DNA of 29,659 bases from an uncultured virus (IMG/VR IMGVR_UViG_3300030339_000017) (taxonomy: Duplodnaviria; Heunggongvirae; Uroviricota; Caudoviricetes), in IMG/VR virus record IMGVR_UViG_3300030339_000017. One strand, given 5' to 3'. Every line of letters begins with the position of its first letter. Within the stretch, counting starts at the first letter, position 1. Of this stretch, positions 9,820 to 19,531 are shown piece after piece. The translations under genes and the position numbers were made by a program. The notes beneath the pieces were generated by a model. That model was not told the DNA's origin, searched no databases, and saw only the letters and a program-made list of their open reading frames with translations.

Positions 9820-11607
9820 TTAAATCATTGAATATCTATAAGTTGTTTCTATATATGGTAATGTAAAGAAATTACCTTCTGAATTATTAAATTCGTAATT
9901 ACATATTAAATACTTTCCACGCATTCTATCCTGAAATCTTGATATTATTGGAGTCCCCTCGTACGTTGGGTCATTGTTATACACCGCTACTGCGCCATTT
10001 GTACTATAAAAATCAGTACCTATTGGAGTTCCATCATTATATATTCTTGTTGACAAATTCTGTTTAAGCCAGATTTGAGTCCCTATTACTACTGGATTAT
10101 AAGTCAATCCGTCTATAGTTACGTCTCCATCATTGATAGAGTTATCTTTTACGAGTCTAACTGACCCCAAGAGCATCGCCCTGTCACCAATACTGGATTC
10201 GTCAATCTCGGGACTATTGTATAGGAATTTTGGGATATAAACATGTGTATCATATGTAGAACTTATAAAATGCGCATATTGGTTTATGTCAAAATACCCA
10301 CCAGACCAACACCCACCGGGTAATGCAGAAAATCCATACTGATCAGTCGCTCCAGTATCTGGGGTTAGCCAATGAGACACTCCAGATTCTTTTAATCTTC
10401 CTCCAGCTAGAGATGTTCCACCACAATGAGCAAATAATGTCTGCCAGTCATCTTTTGTAGCCACATGCCATCCAGTTGGAGCTAACCCTCTTGAGTTAGT
10501 TGCTGCATACCAATTATATAGTCTACCATATTTTATACTAAGCGTAGACTGTACATTATTTCTAGGAATAGCAAATTTATACGTATCTTCTCTTAATGTT
10601 ATATTTGATACAGCTCCAGTAGTTATTGTTGTTATCGTAGTTAAATACACATTAGACTCATCGCCATTATACGCAGTTACAGCTCCGGATGTTCCACTGA
10701 AATCAGAACCAATAGCATCCCCATTTCTATAATGACTAGTCGCTAAGTTCTGTTTAAGCCATACCTGAGTTCCTATCGTCACTGCATTGTACGTGTCCCC
10801 ATCTATTACTATATCTCCACTATTAACACTATCGTCCTTGATTAGCCTTATAGATAGTCCAACTTTGTTTGTTGTAAAATTATATGAATCAAATCTAGCT
10901 GCTGCAGTATAACCGTATATATATAAATCATATATAGTATCTGTAGTTTGTGTAGTTGATGTCCAAAACTGAGTCCAAGATCCTAAATATCCACTTGTTG
11001 TTCCATCGTATTCTAATAAACCACTTGGGAGTGCATTAAATCCATAATCATTTGTAGCACCAACATTAGGAGTATGCCAATAGTCAGTTCCTGATCTTTT
11101 CAACTTTCCACCAGCAATGTCTATACCACCAGCGTAGTCTAGTAGGGTCTGCCATTCGGCTTTGGTTGGAATGTGCCATCCTACCGGAGCCAATCCTCTA
11201 CTATCAGATGCTGCATACCAACTATATAATCTACCATATTTAATTGATTGAGACGTAGTCGTTATACTAGTAGGAGGTGTTATTACATTTGAACTTAATT
11301 GAGTTTTAGTTCTAAAAAATATAGAAGTAAAATTATTTAAGTTAGTAAAATCTGCCGAATATAATACGTTGTCAAAAACTTTAGTAAGTTGATAATCATC
11401 GCTTACTATAAATTTAATGTATGATTTTGAGTAGCTAGCTAGATCTCCCTTGAGATAATTCGCATTTTCTAATGAATTGTGCAACAGCAATTTATTATCA
11501 TCACTAATTGAGTAATAGTGGTTACCAAAGTTTAAATACCATTTTGGATTATATGATAGAAAAGATCCAAATGATTGTGTTATTTCGGAGTAATTTAATG
11601 TATTCAT
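9820..11607 (-). CDS. C-terminal part of muzzle (tail stabilization) protein carrying two inserted FISUMP (Fib_succ_major) domains, 595 aa
   Basis: Muzzle-type C-terminal motifs (SFLSYNPKW, TKVFDNV, REDTYKFAIPR, RMRGKYLICNY, FTLPYIETTYRYSMI) are interrupted by two ~200-aa repeats containing YGRLYxW, PxGWH, AGGxLK, GFxALPxG, SxRLxKD and IGTQxWLKQNL. Confidence 0.75.
   Translation of the reverse strand: MNTLNYSEITQSFGSFLSYNPKWYLNFGNHYYSISDDNKLLLHNSLENANYLKGDLASYSKSYIKFIVSDDYQLTKVFDNVLYSADFTNLNNFTSIFFRTKTQLSSNVITPPTSITTTSQSIKYGRLYSWYAASDSRGLAPVGWHIPTKAEWQTLLDYAGGIDIAGGKLKRSGTDYWHTPNVGATNDYGFNALPSGLLEYDGTTSGYLGSWTQFWTSTTQTTDTIYDLYIYGYTAAARFDSYNFTTNKVGLSIRLIKDDSVNSGDIVIDGDTYNAVTIGTQVWLKQNLATSHYRNGDAIGSDFSGTSGAVTAYNGDESNVYLTTITTITTGAVSNITLREDTYKFAIPRNNVQSTLSIKYGRLYNWYAATNSRGLAPTGWHVATKDDWQTLFAHCGGTSLAGGRLKESGVSHWLTPDTGATDQYGFSALPGGCWSGGYFDINQYAHFISSTYDTHVYIPKFLYNSPEIDESSIGDRAMLLGSVRLVKDNSINDGDVTIDGLTYNPVVIGTQIWLKQNLSTRIYNDGTPIGTDFYSTNGAVAVYNNDPTYEGTPIISRFQDRMRGKYLICNYEFNNSEGNFFTLPYIETTYRYSMI
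9961..10539 (-). repeat. Internal domain repeat 2: circularly permuted Fib_succ_major domain (aa ~357-549)
   Basis: SIKYGRLYNWYAA...GSVRLVKD followed by IDGLTYNPVVIGTQIWLKQNL...YNDGTPI...GAVAVYNND; colinear with repeat 1. Confidence 0.75.
10645..11247 (-). repeat. Internal domain repeat 1: circularly permuted Fib_succ_major domain (aa ~121-321)
   Basis: SIKYGRLYSWYAA...LSIRLIKD followed by IDGDTYNAVTIGTQVWLKQNL...YRNGDAI...GAVTAYNGD; flanked by Thr-rich linkers. Confidence 0.75.
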
Positions 11608-14600
11608 TTAGTTTATAGAAGATGCGTCTTCAAGTCCATTTAACGTTAATATTATCTCATTGTATTTTGCATCATATATCATCGGAATGAAATCAGTAAT
11701 AGAGTCTTTACTTCTATTAAGTGCAGTCTGAATTCCTTTTATTTTTGATAATGGTTCAATTCCTTGTTTGTACGTACATAATTCATTTCTATAATGATCA
11801 AACCAATATATTCCAGAATTAGATGTAGATAGATTTCCAAATGTATTCATTTTCATTCCATTATTGCTGGATATATAATCAAACCTAGAAAGTATGCCCC
11901 CAGTACCGAGTGATAATTGACTAGCACTGCCATTATTTATCAACGCTCTTTCATTTACAGACAAAACGCCAAATGCATTCTCTTGCCAAAAATATAATTT
12001 GCTTTGAAATCTTTTAAGTCTAGTTATTTTCCCATATTCAGTTTCTACATCAATTCTGTTAGCGGCCTTAAACATGGACCAATTATCATATAATTCTCCA
12101 TTTGTCTTAACTTGAGAAGACCATACCCTACAATCAAATGACAGATTCTCAGTGCTTAATATTAGCTTAGACACATAACCTATTCCAGAATTTTCAGACG
12201 AGTATCCAGAATTGTATAGAAATTGTGGATACTTTTGAGAATATGTCCACTTACTTCCAGCACTAGCGCCTGGAGCCCATAGTCCAGCATTCTTTTGTAT
12301 TGCAAAGTTATATCCGCCAGATACAAATGATTTAGTAGAGGCTAAGTGCATGTTTATTGAAGACTCAAGTGGAAGTAAAGACCCTATATTTCTTATTTGA
12401 TTATATAATATACCCTCTCTGTTTACTTTTAAATTTCCACTTCCATCTACCATTGGATCAGTAGCATGTGTTATGGTATAATCGAATATGCCTATATACG
12501 TGTCTCCTCCAAATACTACTCCAGATGCAGATCCACTAGCGACATCTATATATGTTCCTGTAGAAATATATTCAGTAAACTGTCTATCTATTAGTGAAGC
12601 TCCTCCGTATATAGACGCATTCATTACTTTAAAGTTAGTTACAAACGTAGACATACCAGATGATATTATCTTGTCTAAAGTTTCATAACCTGCGTATATT
12701 TCTGAACTTAAGTACTTCTTTCTTTTCTGATCTATATATGATATTGATGGCAATTGCTCAGAATCCTCTAAATTTAACACAATACCACTACCATGAGTGC
12801 CCATTGATTTTGATTTAGATATTGCATTTGCAAATTCCCATTGATCTGGAGCACCATCCCCATGATTAACTGGAATTGTAAAATTAAGATATTGTTTTCC
12901 TCCAATAGTTACATATTTAGATGCTGGTATATCTTTCATAAAATCCCCAATAGTGGCAGACGAAATATCTATATCGTCAGAGTACTCAAATTCAGTAATA
13001 GTACTACTTAACTTCATCCCGCTATTTGATAGGGAATCTATTGAAGTAGTAGTTATGTCAGTGTAATTGTTTGTATTTTGAGTAATTAATTCTATAGAAG
13101 TACCGCCTAAAGACGACCCTGATTTCACTTTAAAATATCTACCAAAGTACTTAAATGTAAATCCCTCTCTAGAATTATCGTTAGCAGAATCAATTAAAAC
13201 TGCAGGAGCAGACGGATTCATATCTGAATACGCTCCATTTATCCCATGATTATATGCAGCTCCAGCATCTGGTTTGTATATAATACCACCTAGAGATATG
13301 TATGTTCTGAACTTCAACTCACTCCATGTTCCAACTATATTTTGTGGAACTATATCAAATTCATCTATTACAGGTGCAATTTGATTATCTCTTACCGCTT
13401 TATCGGTACTTAATCCAGAAATAACTTTATAGTATGTTCCAGCGAATCCATTCGTTATAAAAGGCTTATTATCAGCTACAGTAAAGTCATTTGGATATGT
13501 TTTAGTATTTACATCGGCACCAAGATACATACCGGTTGCATATCTAATACTAGTACTATTTGGGTAAAACTGCATTGCATTATGAGCTGTGTCACCTAAA
13601 TATGCAGTACCAAATGCCGAAGTAGTTATGCCTATTACTGGAGGAGTAGATATAGGATATATTAAATCTACTATATCCAAAGTAGGCTTAGTAGTAATAT
13701 CTTTTAATTGAGATACGAAATCAACCCCATAGAACGATGTCTCTGGATTAACAAATAGTAAATAGTTTTTATTATAAAAGTATGGAAATACTGAATCGGT
13801 AGTATACAATCTAGTAGTTATGGATGCATCATTGTTATTATATGGGGCATCGGTAGCATCTATCGTTCCATTATAAGCATCAAACGCTGTAGCATCAACA
13901 TCTGTTATTCCAATTCTATCTGATACTTTATTATATACTGGGGCACAAACAGATAAGGAATGCCCCATAGAGATAACCGGATGTGGTCTTAATGAATTTA
14001 TAAGCCCAGAATTAGTTATATCATATACAGTGCCGCTAGTACTAGAAGCCTTATGATTTCTATATGTTCCAACTTTTTGGACAACGCCTTGAGCATATAC
14101 CGTTTTATTATTTATATCCCTCTTTGCTCTTACTATTTCTATTTTTGTTATATACTCAGGAATACTAGTAAAACTAAATGTTATTCCAAGCGGTTTAACT
14201 AATAGTTCTTGATAGTTCAGTAAAGTATTGTTATATACGGTAGAATTTAGTTCGGCAGGATTTTCAAATATACTAGCATCCCATCCTGTTGATTCTATGT
14301 AGCCGGCAGGAAATCTAATATCTGCAATCCATTTTGCTGGAGATCTTCTTCCTTTTGAATCATAAAATACTGCAGCGAATCTATATATTTCATCTCTTTG
14401 ATATGATGCGAAATTATTAGATAAGTATGGATTAGAATAGTTTAAAAATCCAGTATGAGATGGTAAATTTAAATTAGATAGACTTAAATCACTAGAAGTC
14501 CCATCGCTGCTTAGTGTCTTTACTGAAGATATACTTCTAGATTTATCTCCAATCCTAGCGGTTCTCTGGTCAATAAATTTATCTTTATCATTAGCCCATG

Positions 14601-15963
14601 ACTCAGAGTATCCTCCAGATGTGCTTATAGTTCTTTTATTCCAAAAATCACCATACGACTCTATAAAGTATGTATTTGTATACAAGTATGATACATTAAC
14701 TCCGGTACCGCCCAGTTTACCAGATGTATTGTATATATATGATAAATCAGAATATCTATCTTTTGAATATATTTCATCGTGAATACAATCATATGTTGGA
14801 TCTATAGTAGAGATAGTAGATATAGAGTAATCTAAATAACTCCCACCTGCATTGTGCAATCTAGTGGTACCACTTAAATTAAATTGATAAGCTCTAGTAT
14901 CATAATCTAAATCCCACGTATCATCTATAGTATTTGCAGCAAATAGAATATTATCCTTGCTTTCTATTAATGCAGTTTTAAATATCGTACTTCCAATCGC
15001 CTGTAATTCCGCCTGAGTTAACTCTCCAGAAGCTTCGGTTCCTCCATCTTCTATGTATACGAATCCAGAGGAGTTAACAGGTATTAGCGAGTCTTTTACT
15101 ACCGTTATTATAGGAGCATCAGAATAATTAAAATAATATACAGAAATTAACTTCACACTCTTAAATATTCCAGTAGTAGGTATGTTTATTTTTAATCTAA
15201 CCGACTTGCTACTGGGCTTACCATAAGTGGTTCCTAAGTCTGTACCAATGTAATCTGCATTACTAGAACCCATAGTACTATCAGTAAGATGAATAATAGG
15301 ACTCATCGGACTAAGCTCTGTCTCAGCACCTGTCCATGCTACTAATTGATAGCAGTACTGTATGATACCAGCATTTAATTTGCCACTATTAAGAGATTCT
15401 ACTATAGGAGCATCTAATATTGCAGATGGAATTATTTCCATTGTAGACGAAGTTAACAGTCTATTAGACGTATCATTGGACTCTGCTATATTTATAACCC
15501 TTATAAATGAACCTTCCACTGCGTAATATACTTTTATATTATCAGAGTTTTCATATCTTGTTACTATACTAATCGGTATAGTTCCGATCATCTCTAACCA
15601 AACTCCAAGTCCATCAGTACCAAGAAGGGGCGTACATGAAATTGCGGCTCCTGGATTATTCATATCAAAAACTAATCTATATATGTTATTTAGATTAGTA
15701 GTAGAATTATACGTAAATATAACACCATAATTTCTAATGGTATCAGTAGCAATAATAGTATCTCCGCTATTTAGATTAAGACCACTTATTAGTGAATTTC
15801 CTTCTATATTAGATAGGGAACCAGTATTGGCTCCCTCATTAGTTATGACCCTGACATTTTCAGCGTATCTGTATTGATTATTTTTTAGTAAACTCTTATC
15901 AGTGTCGAGATTCATTCCTCCACTAAATGTGTTTACTGTTTTCTTTCCTATAGTACTAGCCAT
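11608..15963 (-). CDS. Muzzle / tail stabilization protein (crAss001 gp44-like), N-terminal 1451 aa
   Basis: Hallmark motifs NTFSGGMNLDTD...QYRYAENVR, SYQRDEIYRFAAVFYD...SPAKWIADIRFP, VFGGDTYIGIFDY, LESSIN, FKAANRIDVETEYGKIT, LSVNERALI, LGTGGILSRFDYIS, YDAKYNEI. Confidence 0.85.
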   Translation of the reverse strand: MASTIGKKTVNTFSGGMNLDTDKSLLKNNQYRYAENVRVITNEGANTGSLSNIEGNSLISGLNLNSGDTIIATDTIRNYGVIFTYNSTTNLNNIYRLVFDMNNPGAAISCTPLLGTDGLGVWLEMIGTIPISIVTRYENSDNIKVYYAVEGSFIRVINIAESNDTSNRLLTSSTMEIIPSAILDAPIVESLNSGKLNAGIIQYCYQLVAWTGAETELSPMSPIIHLTDSTMGSSNADYIGTDLGTTYGKPSSKSVRLKINIPTTGIFKSVKLISVYYFNYSDAPIITVVKDSLIPVNSSGFVYIEDGGTEASGELTQAELQAIGSTIFKTALIESKDNILFAANTIDDTWDLDYDTRAYQFNLSGTTRLHNAGGSYLDYSISTISTIDPTYDCIHDEIYSKDRYSDLSYIYNTSGKLGGTGVNVSYLYTNTYFIESYGDFWNKRTISTSGGYSESWANDKDKFIDQRTARIGDKSRSISSVKTLSSDGTSSDLSLSNLNLPSHTGFLNYSNPYLSNNFASYQRDEIYRFAAVFYDSKGRRSPAKWIADIRFPAGYIESTGWDASIFENPAELNSTVYNNTLLNYQELLVKPLGITFSFTSIPEYITKIEIVRAKRDINNKTVYAQGVVQKVGTYRNHKASSTSGTVYDITNSGLINSLRPHPVISMGHSLSVCAPVYNKVSDRIGITDVDATAFDAYNGTIDATDAPYNNNDASITTRLYTTDSVFPYFYNKNYLLFVNPETSFYGVDFVSQLKDITTKPTLDIVDLIYPISTPPVIGITTSAFGTAYLGDTAHNAMQFYPNSTSIRYATGMYLGADVNTKTYPNDFTVADNKPFITNGFAGTYYKVISGLSTDKAVRDNQIAPVIDEFDIVPQNIVGTWSELKFRTYISLGGIIYKPDAGAAYNHGINGAYSDMNPSAPAVLIDSANDNSREGFTFKYFGRYFKVKSGSSLGGTSIELITQNTNNYTDITTTSIDSLSNSGMKLSSTITEFEYSDDIDISSATIGDFMKDIPASKYVTIGGKQYLNFTIPVNHGDGAPDQWEFANAISKSKSMGTHGSGIVLNLEDSEQLPSISYIDQKRKKYLSSEIYAGYETLDKIISSGMSTFVTNFKVMNASIYGGASLIDRQFTEYISTGTYIDVASGSASGVVFGGDTYIGIFDYTITHATDPMVDGSGNLKVNREGILYNQIRNIGSLLPLESSINMHLASTKSFVSGGYNFAIQKNAGLWAPGASAGSKWTYSQKYPQFLYNSGYSSENSGIGYVSKLILSTENLSFDCRVWSSQVKTNGELYDNWSMFKAANRIDVETEYGKITRLKRFQSKLYFWQENAFGVLSVNERALINNGSASQLSLGTGGILSRFDYISSNNGMKMNTFGNLSTSNSGIYWFDHYRNELCTYKQGIEPLSKIKGIQTALNRSKDSITDFIPMIYDAKYNEIILTLNGLEDASSIN

Positions 15964-15964
15964 A

Positions 15965-16738
15965 TTATCGTCTATTATTGCTTCTTATATATTGTTCATT
16001 AGCCAGTAATTCAAAGAAACTTCCATGAGAATTATTTTCCGGAATAATCTTCATCCAAGTATTCTTTATAGATTCCATGTCATCTACGGTAGGCATCATT
16101 ATATCTCCGTAGGCTTGTTTGCAATAAAAATTCCAAGATCTACGTATATCATAATATACGCTTTCTCTCATTTTACCTGACATGTACTCTGGATATTTCA
16201 ATTTCATTACTATGTACCAGTATATGGCCTCCATATATGAAACCAAGTCTGGAATCATAGGATATCCATTATCGTCACAAGCTAATGCATCGTAACTTAA
16301 CTTTATATATCCATGAAGCATGTTTACGACTATAAACCCTGGCTTTACTATGTACTTTACTCCGCCTATTCTATTTATATACTCTTCGCTTATTTGATTT
16401 AGATTAACGGTATCAAGTCTCTTCGGATTATTAACACCGAAAGAACTAGTAGACGTTCTCATTTCGACCCATGGTCCATCGACATTTAAAGAATAAACTG
16501 CTTGATTTAATTTATATAGATTATTAGGTAATGCGGCTTGAGAGTTTACTAATGTTATAACATTTGGATCGTCTACTCCAGATATTCTTGTTTCTAATTG
16601 AGGTTTAGCTCCGATTTTCTCTATGGCCTCCCCACACCAAGATATCCAATCAGATATTCTTATGCTCTCATTTTGTATGTCTAGGTCGGCCATGACCTTT
16701 GATATTACCTGATTACAGGATACTAATTTGTATGTCAT
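15965..16738 (-). CDS. Tail ring protein (tail tubular, ring 1 / gp43-like), 257 aa
   Basis: MTYKLVSCNQVISKVMADL...WCGEAIEKIG...GYPMIPDLVSYMEAIYWYIVMKLKYP...WNFYCKQAYG; immediately upstream of muzzle as in crAss-like phages. Confidence 0.82.
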   Translation of the reverse strand: MTYKLVSCNQVISKVMADLDIQNESIRISDWISWCGEAIEKIGAKPQLETRISGVDDPNVITLVNSQAALPNNLYKLNQAVYSLNVDGPWVEMRTSTSSFGVNNPKRLDTVNLNQISEEYINRIGGVKYIVKPGFIVVNMLHGYIKLSYDALACDDNGYPMIPDLVSYMEAIYWYIVMKLKYPEYMSGKMRESVYYDIRRSWNFYCKQAYGDIMMPTVDDMESIKNTWMKIIPENNSHGSFFELLANEQYIRSNNRR

Positions 16739-16739
16739 A

Positions 16740-17192
16740 TTATTTTTCTATATAATCTTTTCTTTCTACTTTTATCATGTAAGCAAGTCTCCTTTTATTT
16801 GCTCTGGACATGACTAACTCGTACATTGTCTTATTCTCTACTAACATTCCACCTTTTGCCCAATGAAATCTAAAGTTATATCCGTCAGAATGCTCATTCA
16901 TATGGAATATAGTCTTATTCTCTTCTCTAGTACTATTGAAATCGACCCTTAGACAGTTATTATCATATCTAGCTGGCTTTTTCTTTATAACACATAGAGT
17001 TCCCATTCTAGCGGGAAGTTTTATTTCTTTTGATTTATCGATTAATTCGTTTGATAAGAATATAAAGTAATCCTGAACTATTGCGTAGAATTTTTTTCTA
17101 GATACTTTATACAATATATTATCTTTTATATAATCAGAATAAGACCTAAAATAATCATCCAATGTATAAGATTTATGTTTACTTAATTCCAC
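16740..17192 (-). CDS. IHF/HU-like DNA-binding protein conserved in crAss-like tail modules, 150 aa (GTG start)
   Basis: KLPARMGTLCVIKKKP...NEHSDGYNFRFHW...SRANKRRLA; basic; lies between two ring genes; GTG start overlaps upstream gene, exact start uncertain. Confidence 0.75.
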   Translation of the reverse strand: MELSKHKSYTLDDYFRSYSDYIKDNILYKVSRKKFYAIVQDYFIFLSNELIDKSKEIKLPARMGTLCVIKKKPARYDNNCLRVDFNSTREENKTIFHMNEHSDGYNFRFHWAKGGMLVENKTMYELVMSRANKRRLAYMIKVERKDYIEK

Positions 17193-17874
17193 GTCCTATT
17201 TTTTTATAATCCCTAGCAGTGAGATTAGATTTCTCAACGTCATTGCTAGCATCATTAGTATTATCGGTAACGGCTACAATATCCATTTCTTTAGTCATTA
17301 TAAGCTCTTTTATAGTAGGGAGCATCGAAGCTGGTATTGGATATGGTTCGTCGCCAGTCTCGTATCCAGGTACATCAGATGGATTCTCAAATATACCATT
17401 TATAGTAACGTAGTCTATTTTATTTGGTCCAGTTATATATAGTTTATTATTCTTTAGGTATGCAGAATAATCATTGCTAGTCCACCTTCTGTATCCCTGA
17501 AATTCAGCTCTTAACTGGGTAGTAAATTGTATTAGTCTGCCAGAATCATCTATTATTGATATAATAGCATCTTTGCTTTTTAAATTAACTAATTTTGGTA
17601 TCTTTACTGAACTAATCTCCGTCCACCTACTATTATCTATATGAACTATTGATGAATCATCTTGTATCATCGGTATATTAGATATAGACTGGATCAGAGC
17701 AACATCTGGGGATTCCCCTCTGTCTATAGATTGCTTTATTAGAAACGATCTATATTGAATTATCCATTGCTCAACTTGGATTGGACTTAAATTTTCAGAC
17801 TCGGCGATGTTATTATTTCTGCTCTCGAGCATAATATCATCAATGAGCGTATTTAGGGTATTAAATGTAATCAT
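17179..17874 (-). CDS. Tail ring protein (ring 2 / gp40-like), 231 aa
   Basis: TLNTLIDDIMLESRNNNIAESENLSPIQVEQWIIQYRSFLIKQ...GIFENP...YPIPASMLPTIKELI...DNTND. Confidence 0.8.
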   Translation of the reverse strand: MITFNTLNTLIDDIMLESRNNNIAESENLSPIQVEQWIIQYRSFLIKQSIDRGESPDVALIQSISNIPMIQDDSSIVHIDNSRWTEISSVKIPKLVNLKSKDAIISIIDDSGRLIQFTTQLRAEFQGYRRWTSNDYSAYLKNNKLYITGPNKIDYVTINGIFENPSDVPGYETGDEPYPIPASMLPTIKELIMTKEMDIVAVTDNTNDASNDVEKSNLTARDYKKIGRGIK

Positions 17875-17875
17875 A

Positions 17876-18403
17876 TTATGCTACTAGTTTTTCTAATTCA
17901 TCGTGGTAAAACTGTCTATCTTTAAGTCCATTAGTACCACCATTTATTCTTTTGCATACTAATGTAAAATTACCGGCATCAGTTATCCTATTTAGTTTTT
18001 TAGAATTCCAAAACCAGCAAGCTGATCTAGTTGCTAAGTCCGGCTGTTCTAATAGTGCAGGGTTGTTTACTAAATCTATATTAAAGTCTTTAGACAATTG
18101 TATATAGTTTGATTTTCCAGTTATCTGTATTAGCCCTCGACCTTTATACTTAACGCCATCACCAGGAGTAGTATTGCCTAGATCCTTTCTTCCTTCATAG
18201 GCCTTACCAGAAGCTAATTCTTTAGTATAAAAGAATCTCCCAGACTCAACAAGGATATTTGCAATAAAGAAGATTTCTCTATCTTTAGTATTTATAGAAT
18301 ACTCATCCATGTACTTTTCTAGTAAAGGATAGAATATATCAATAGTATGCTGTGAGATCTTGTTATTGCAGACCTTTAATATGTCTTTTTTAGTAACTAT
18401 CAT
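17876..18403 (-). CDS. Endolysin, glycoside hydrolase family 19 (chitinase/lysozyme-like), 175 aa
   Basis: FIANILVESG..YTKE..SGKAYEGRKDLGNTTPGDGVKYKGRGLIQITGKSNY...ACWFW...RINGGTNGLKDR are GH19 phage endolysin motifs. Confidence 0.92.
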   Translation of the reverse strand: MIVTKKDILKVCNNKISQHTIDIFYPLLEKYMDEYSINTKDREIFFIANILVESGRFFYTKELASGKAYEGRKDLGNTTPGDGVKYKGRGLIQITGKSNYIQLSKDFNIDLVNNPALLEQPDLATRSACWFWNSKKLNRITDAGNFTLVCKRINGGTNGLKDRQFYHDELEKLVA

Positions 18404-18404
18404 A

Positions 18405-19076
18405 TTACTCTCTTACTTTAATTATCCTAATATCAGAGTTCTTTATAAGCTTATTAGTGTTCTCTATATCGTATCTATCTAAAGTAACTTTGTGCCAGTC
18501 TAAGTGGAATAATCTACCTAAGAAGCTTTTATATGTATTTACGTACTCCCTAGATGAGTAAACGTATAAATACTCAGTATTGTTTACATCTAGTATTTCT
18601 TTTACAACATTATTTTTTGCTATAACTCTCGACTTCGTAAATTCATTATGGACTATAGTAGTATCAAAAGCACATGAGTCAATTCCAGGTACAATAATAA
18701 CAGCAGTATCGTGAATCTGAGATGTAATACCCGATGATACGTCCCCAGGCTTATTTGCAGCCCTTTTAAGCAACTTTCCTATAGAATCAATAGAATGTAC
18801 CAATTTATCATTAGAGTACTTTAAATCGCTGTTACTTAGCTCTAGGACCCTTTTATCCTTTGTATTATTACTTATTATGTTCTCATACTGTATTTGATTA
18901 TTCTTGTACGCCGTAAGTTCTACTTTAGTCTTTTTATAATTATTATATGCTGCTTTTATTCCAAATATACCAACTATAGCAATTAATGCAGATATAGAAT
19001 ATATTATTATCTTAATTTTATTAACAGAAAAGAAGTTAGTAATAATAGATAATATCGATTTTAAGAAAATTGACAT
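18405..19076 (-). CDS. Putative spanin (Rz-like, inner-membrane anchored), 223 aa
   Basis: N-terminal TM helix (IIIYSISALIAIVGIFGI), then coiled coil and beta-rich C-terminus with FLGRLFHLDW; adjacent to endolysin. Confidence 0.6.
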   Translation of the reverse strand: MSIFLKSILSIITNFFSVNKIKIIIYSISALIAIVGIFGIKAAYNNYKKTKVELTAYKNNQIQYENIISNNTKDKRVLELSNSDLKYSNDKLVHSIDSIGKLLKRAANKPGDVSSGITSQIHDTAVIIVPGIDSCAFDTTIVHNEFTKSRVIAKNNVVKEILDVNNTEYLYVYSSREYVNTYKSFLGRLFHLDWHKVTLDRYDIENTNKLIKNSDIRIIKVRE

Positions 19077-19082
19077 AATATT

Positions 19083-19520
19083 TTATTTTAATGGTATATT
19101 AGTACCGGTTATGTGATATATTATAAGGGAGGCTAGTATACCAAGAAGAACTATACCTATACTTATCATAGTATCAGTCTTAGTTTTAGATCTCTCTAAT
19201 TGAAATAAACGTCTTTCGTGGTCATCTATTTGCGTAGAAGTCCCAGTCTTTATTTCATTTACATCTTGTTTTATTCCCTCCATTCTAGTCCTTAACTCTA
19301 TTAACAAGTCATGGTCATCGGATCCTTTAGTATTTGTTACTTTCAAAGCTTCTTCAGCCGCTGTGGCCAGTGTTTTAGTGGCTAATTCTGCAGCATTAGC
19401 TATCCTGCTAGCAGCCAAGTCAGCTGCCTGTGAAATAAGTTTCAGTGCGTTAGTATTATCCATATTGTTATTATCTGATTTTACTTTATCCGATTGTTTT
19501 TTAGTTGGAGTAGTATCCAT
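19083..19520 (-). CDS. Coiled-coil membrane protein with one C-terminal TM helix (holin/XhlA-like), 145 aa
   Basis: Ala-rich helix, IDDHERRLFQLE coiled coil, TM segment MISIGIVLLGILASLIIYHI; upstream of spanin and endolysin. Confidence 0.5.
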   Translation of the reverse strand: MDTTPTKKQSDKVKSDNNNMDNTNALKLISQAADLAASRIANAAELATKTLATAAEEALKVTNTKGSDDHDLLIELRTRMEGIKQDVNEIKTGTSTQIDDHERRLFQLERSKTKTDTMISIGIVLLGILASLIIYHITGTNIPLK

Positions 19521-19531
19521 TTTATTAATAA

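Noticed and set aside
9961..11247. The two FISUMP repeats as a DGR template/variable repeat pair
   Set aside because: Their nucleotide differences include non-adenine synonymous changes (TTA/CTA, CAC/CAT) and indels, both copies are in-frame coding, and no reverse transcriptase is in the window.
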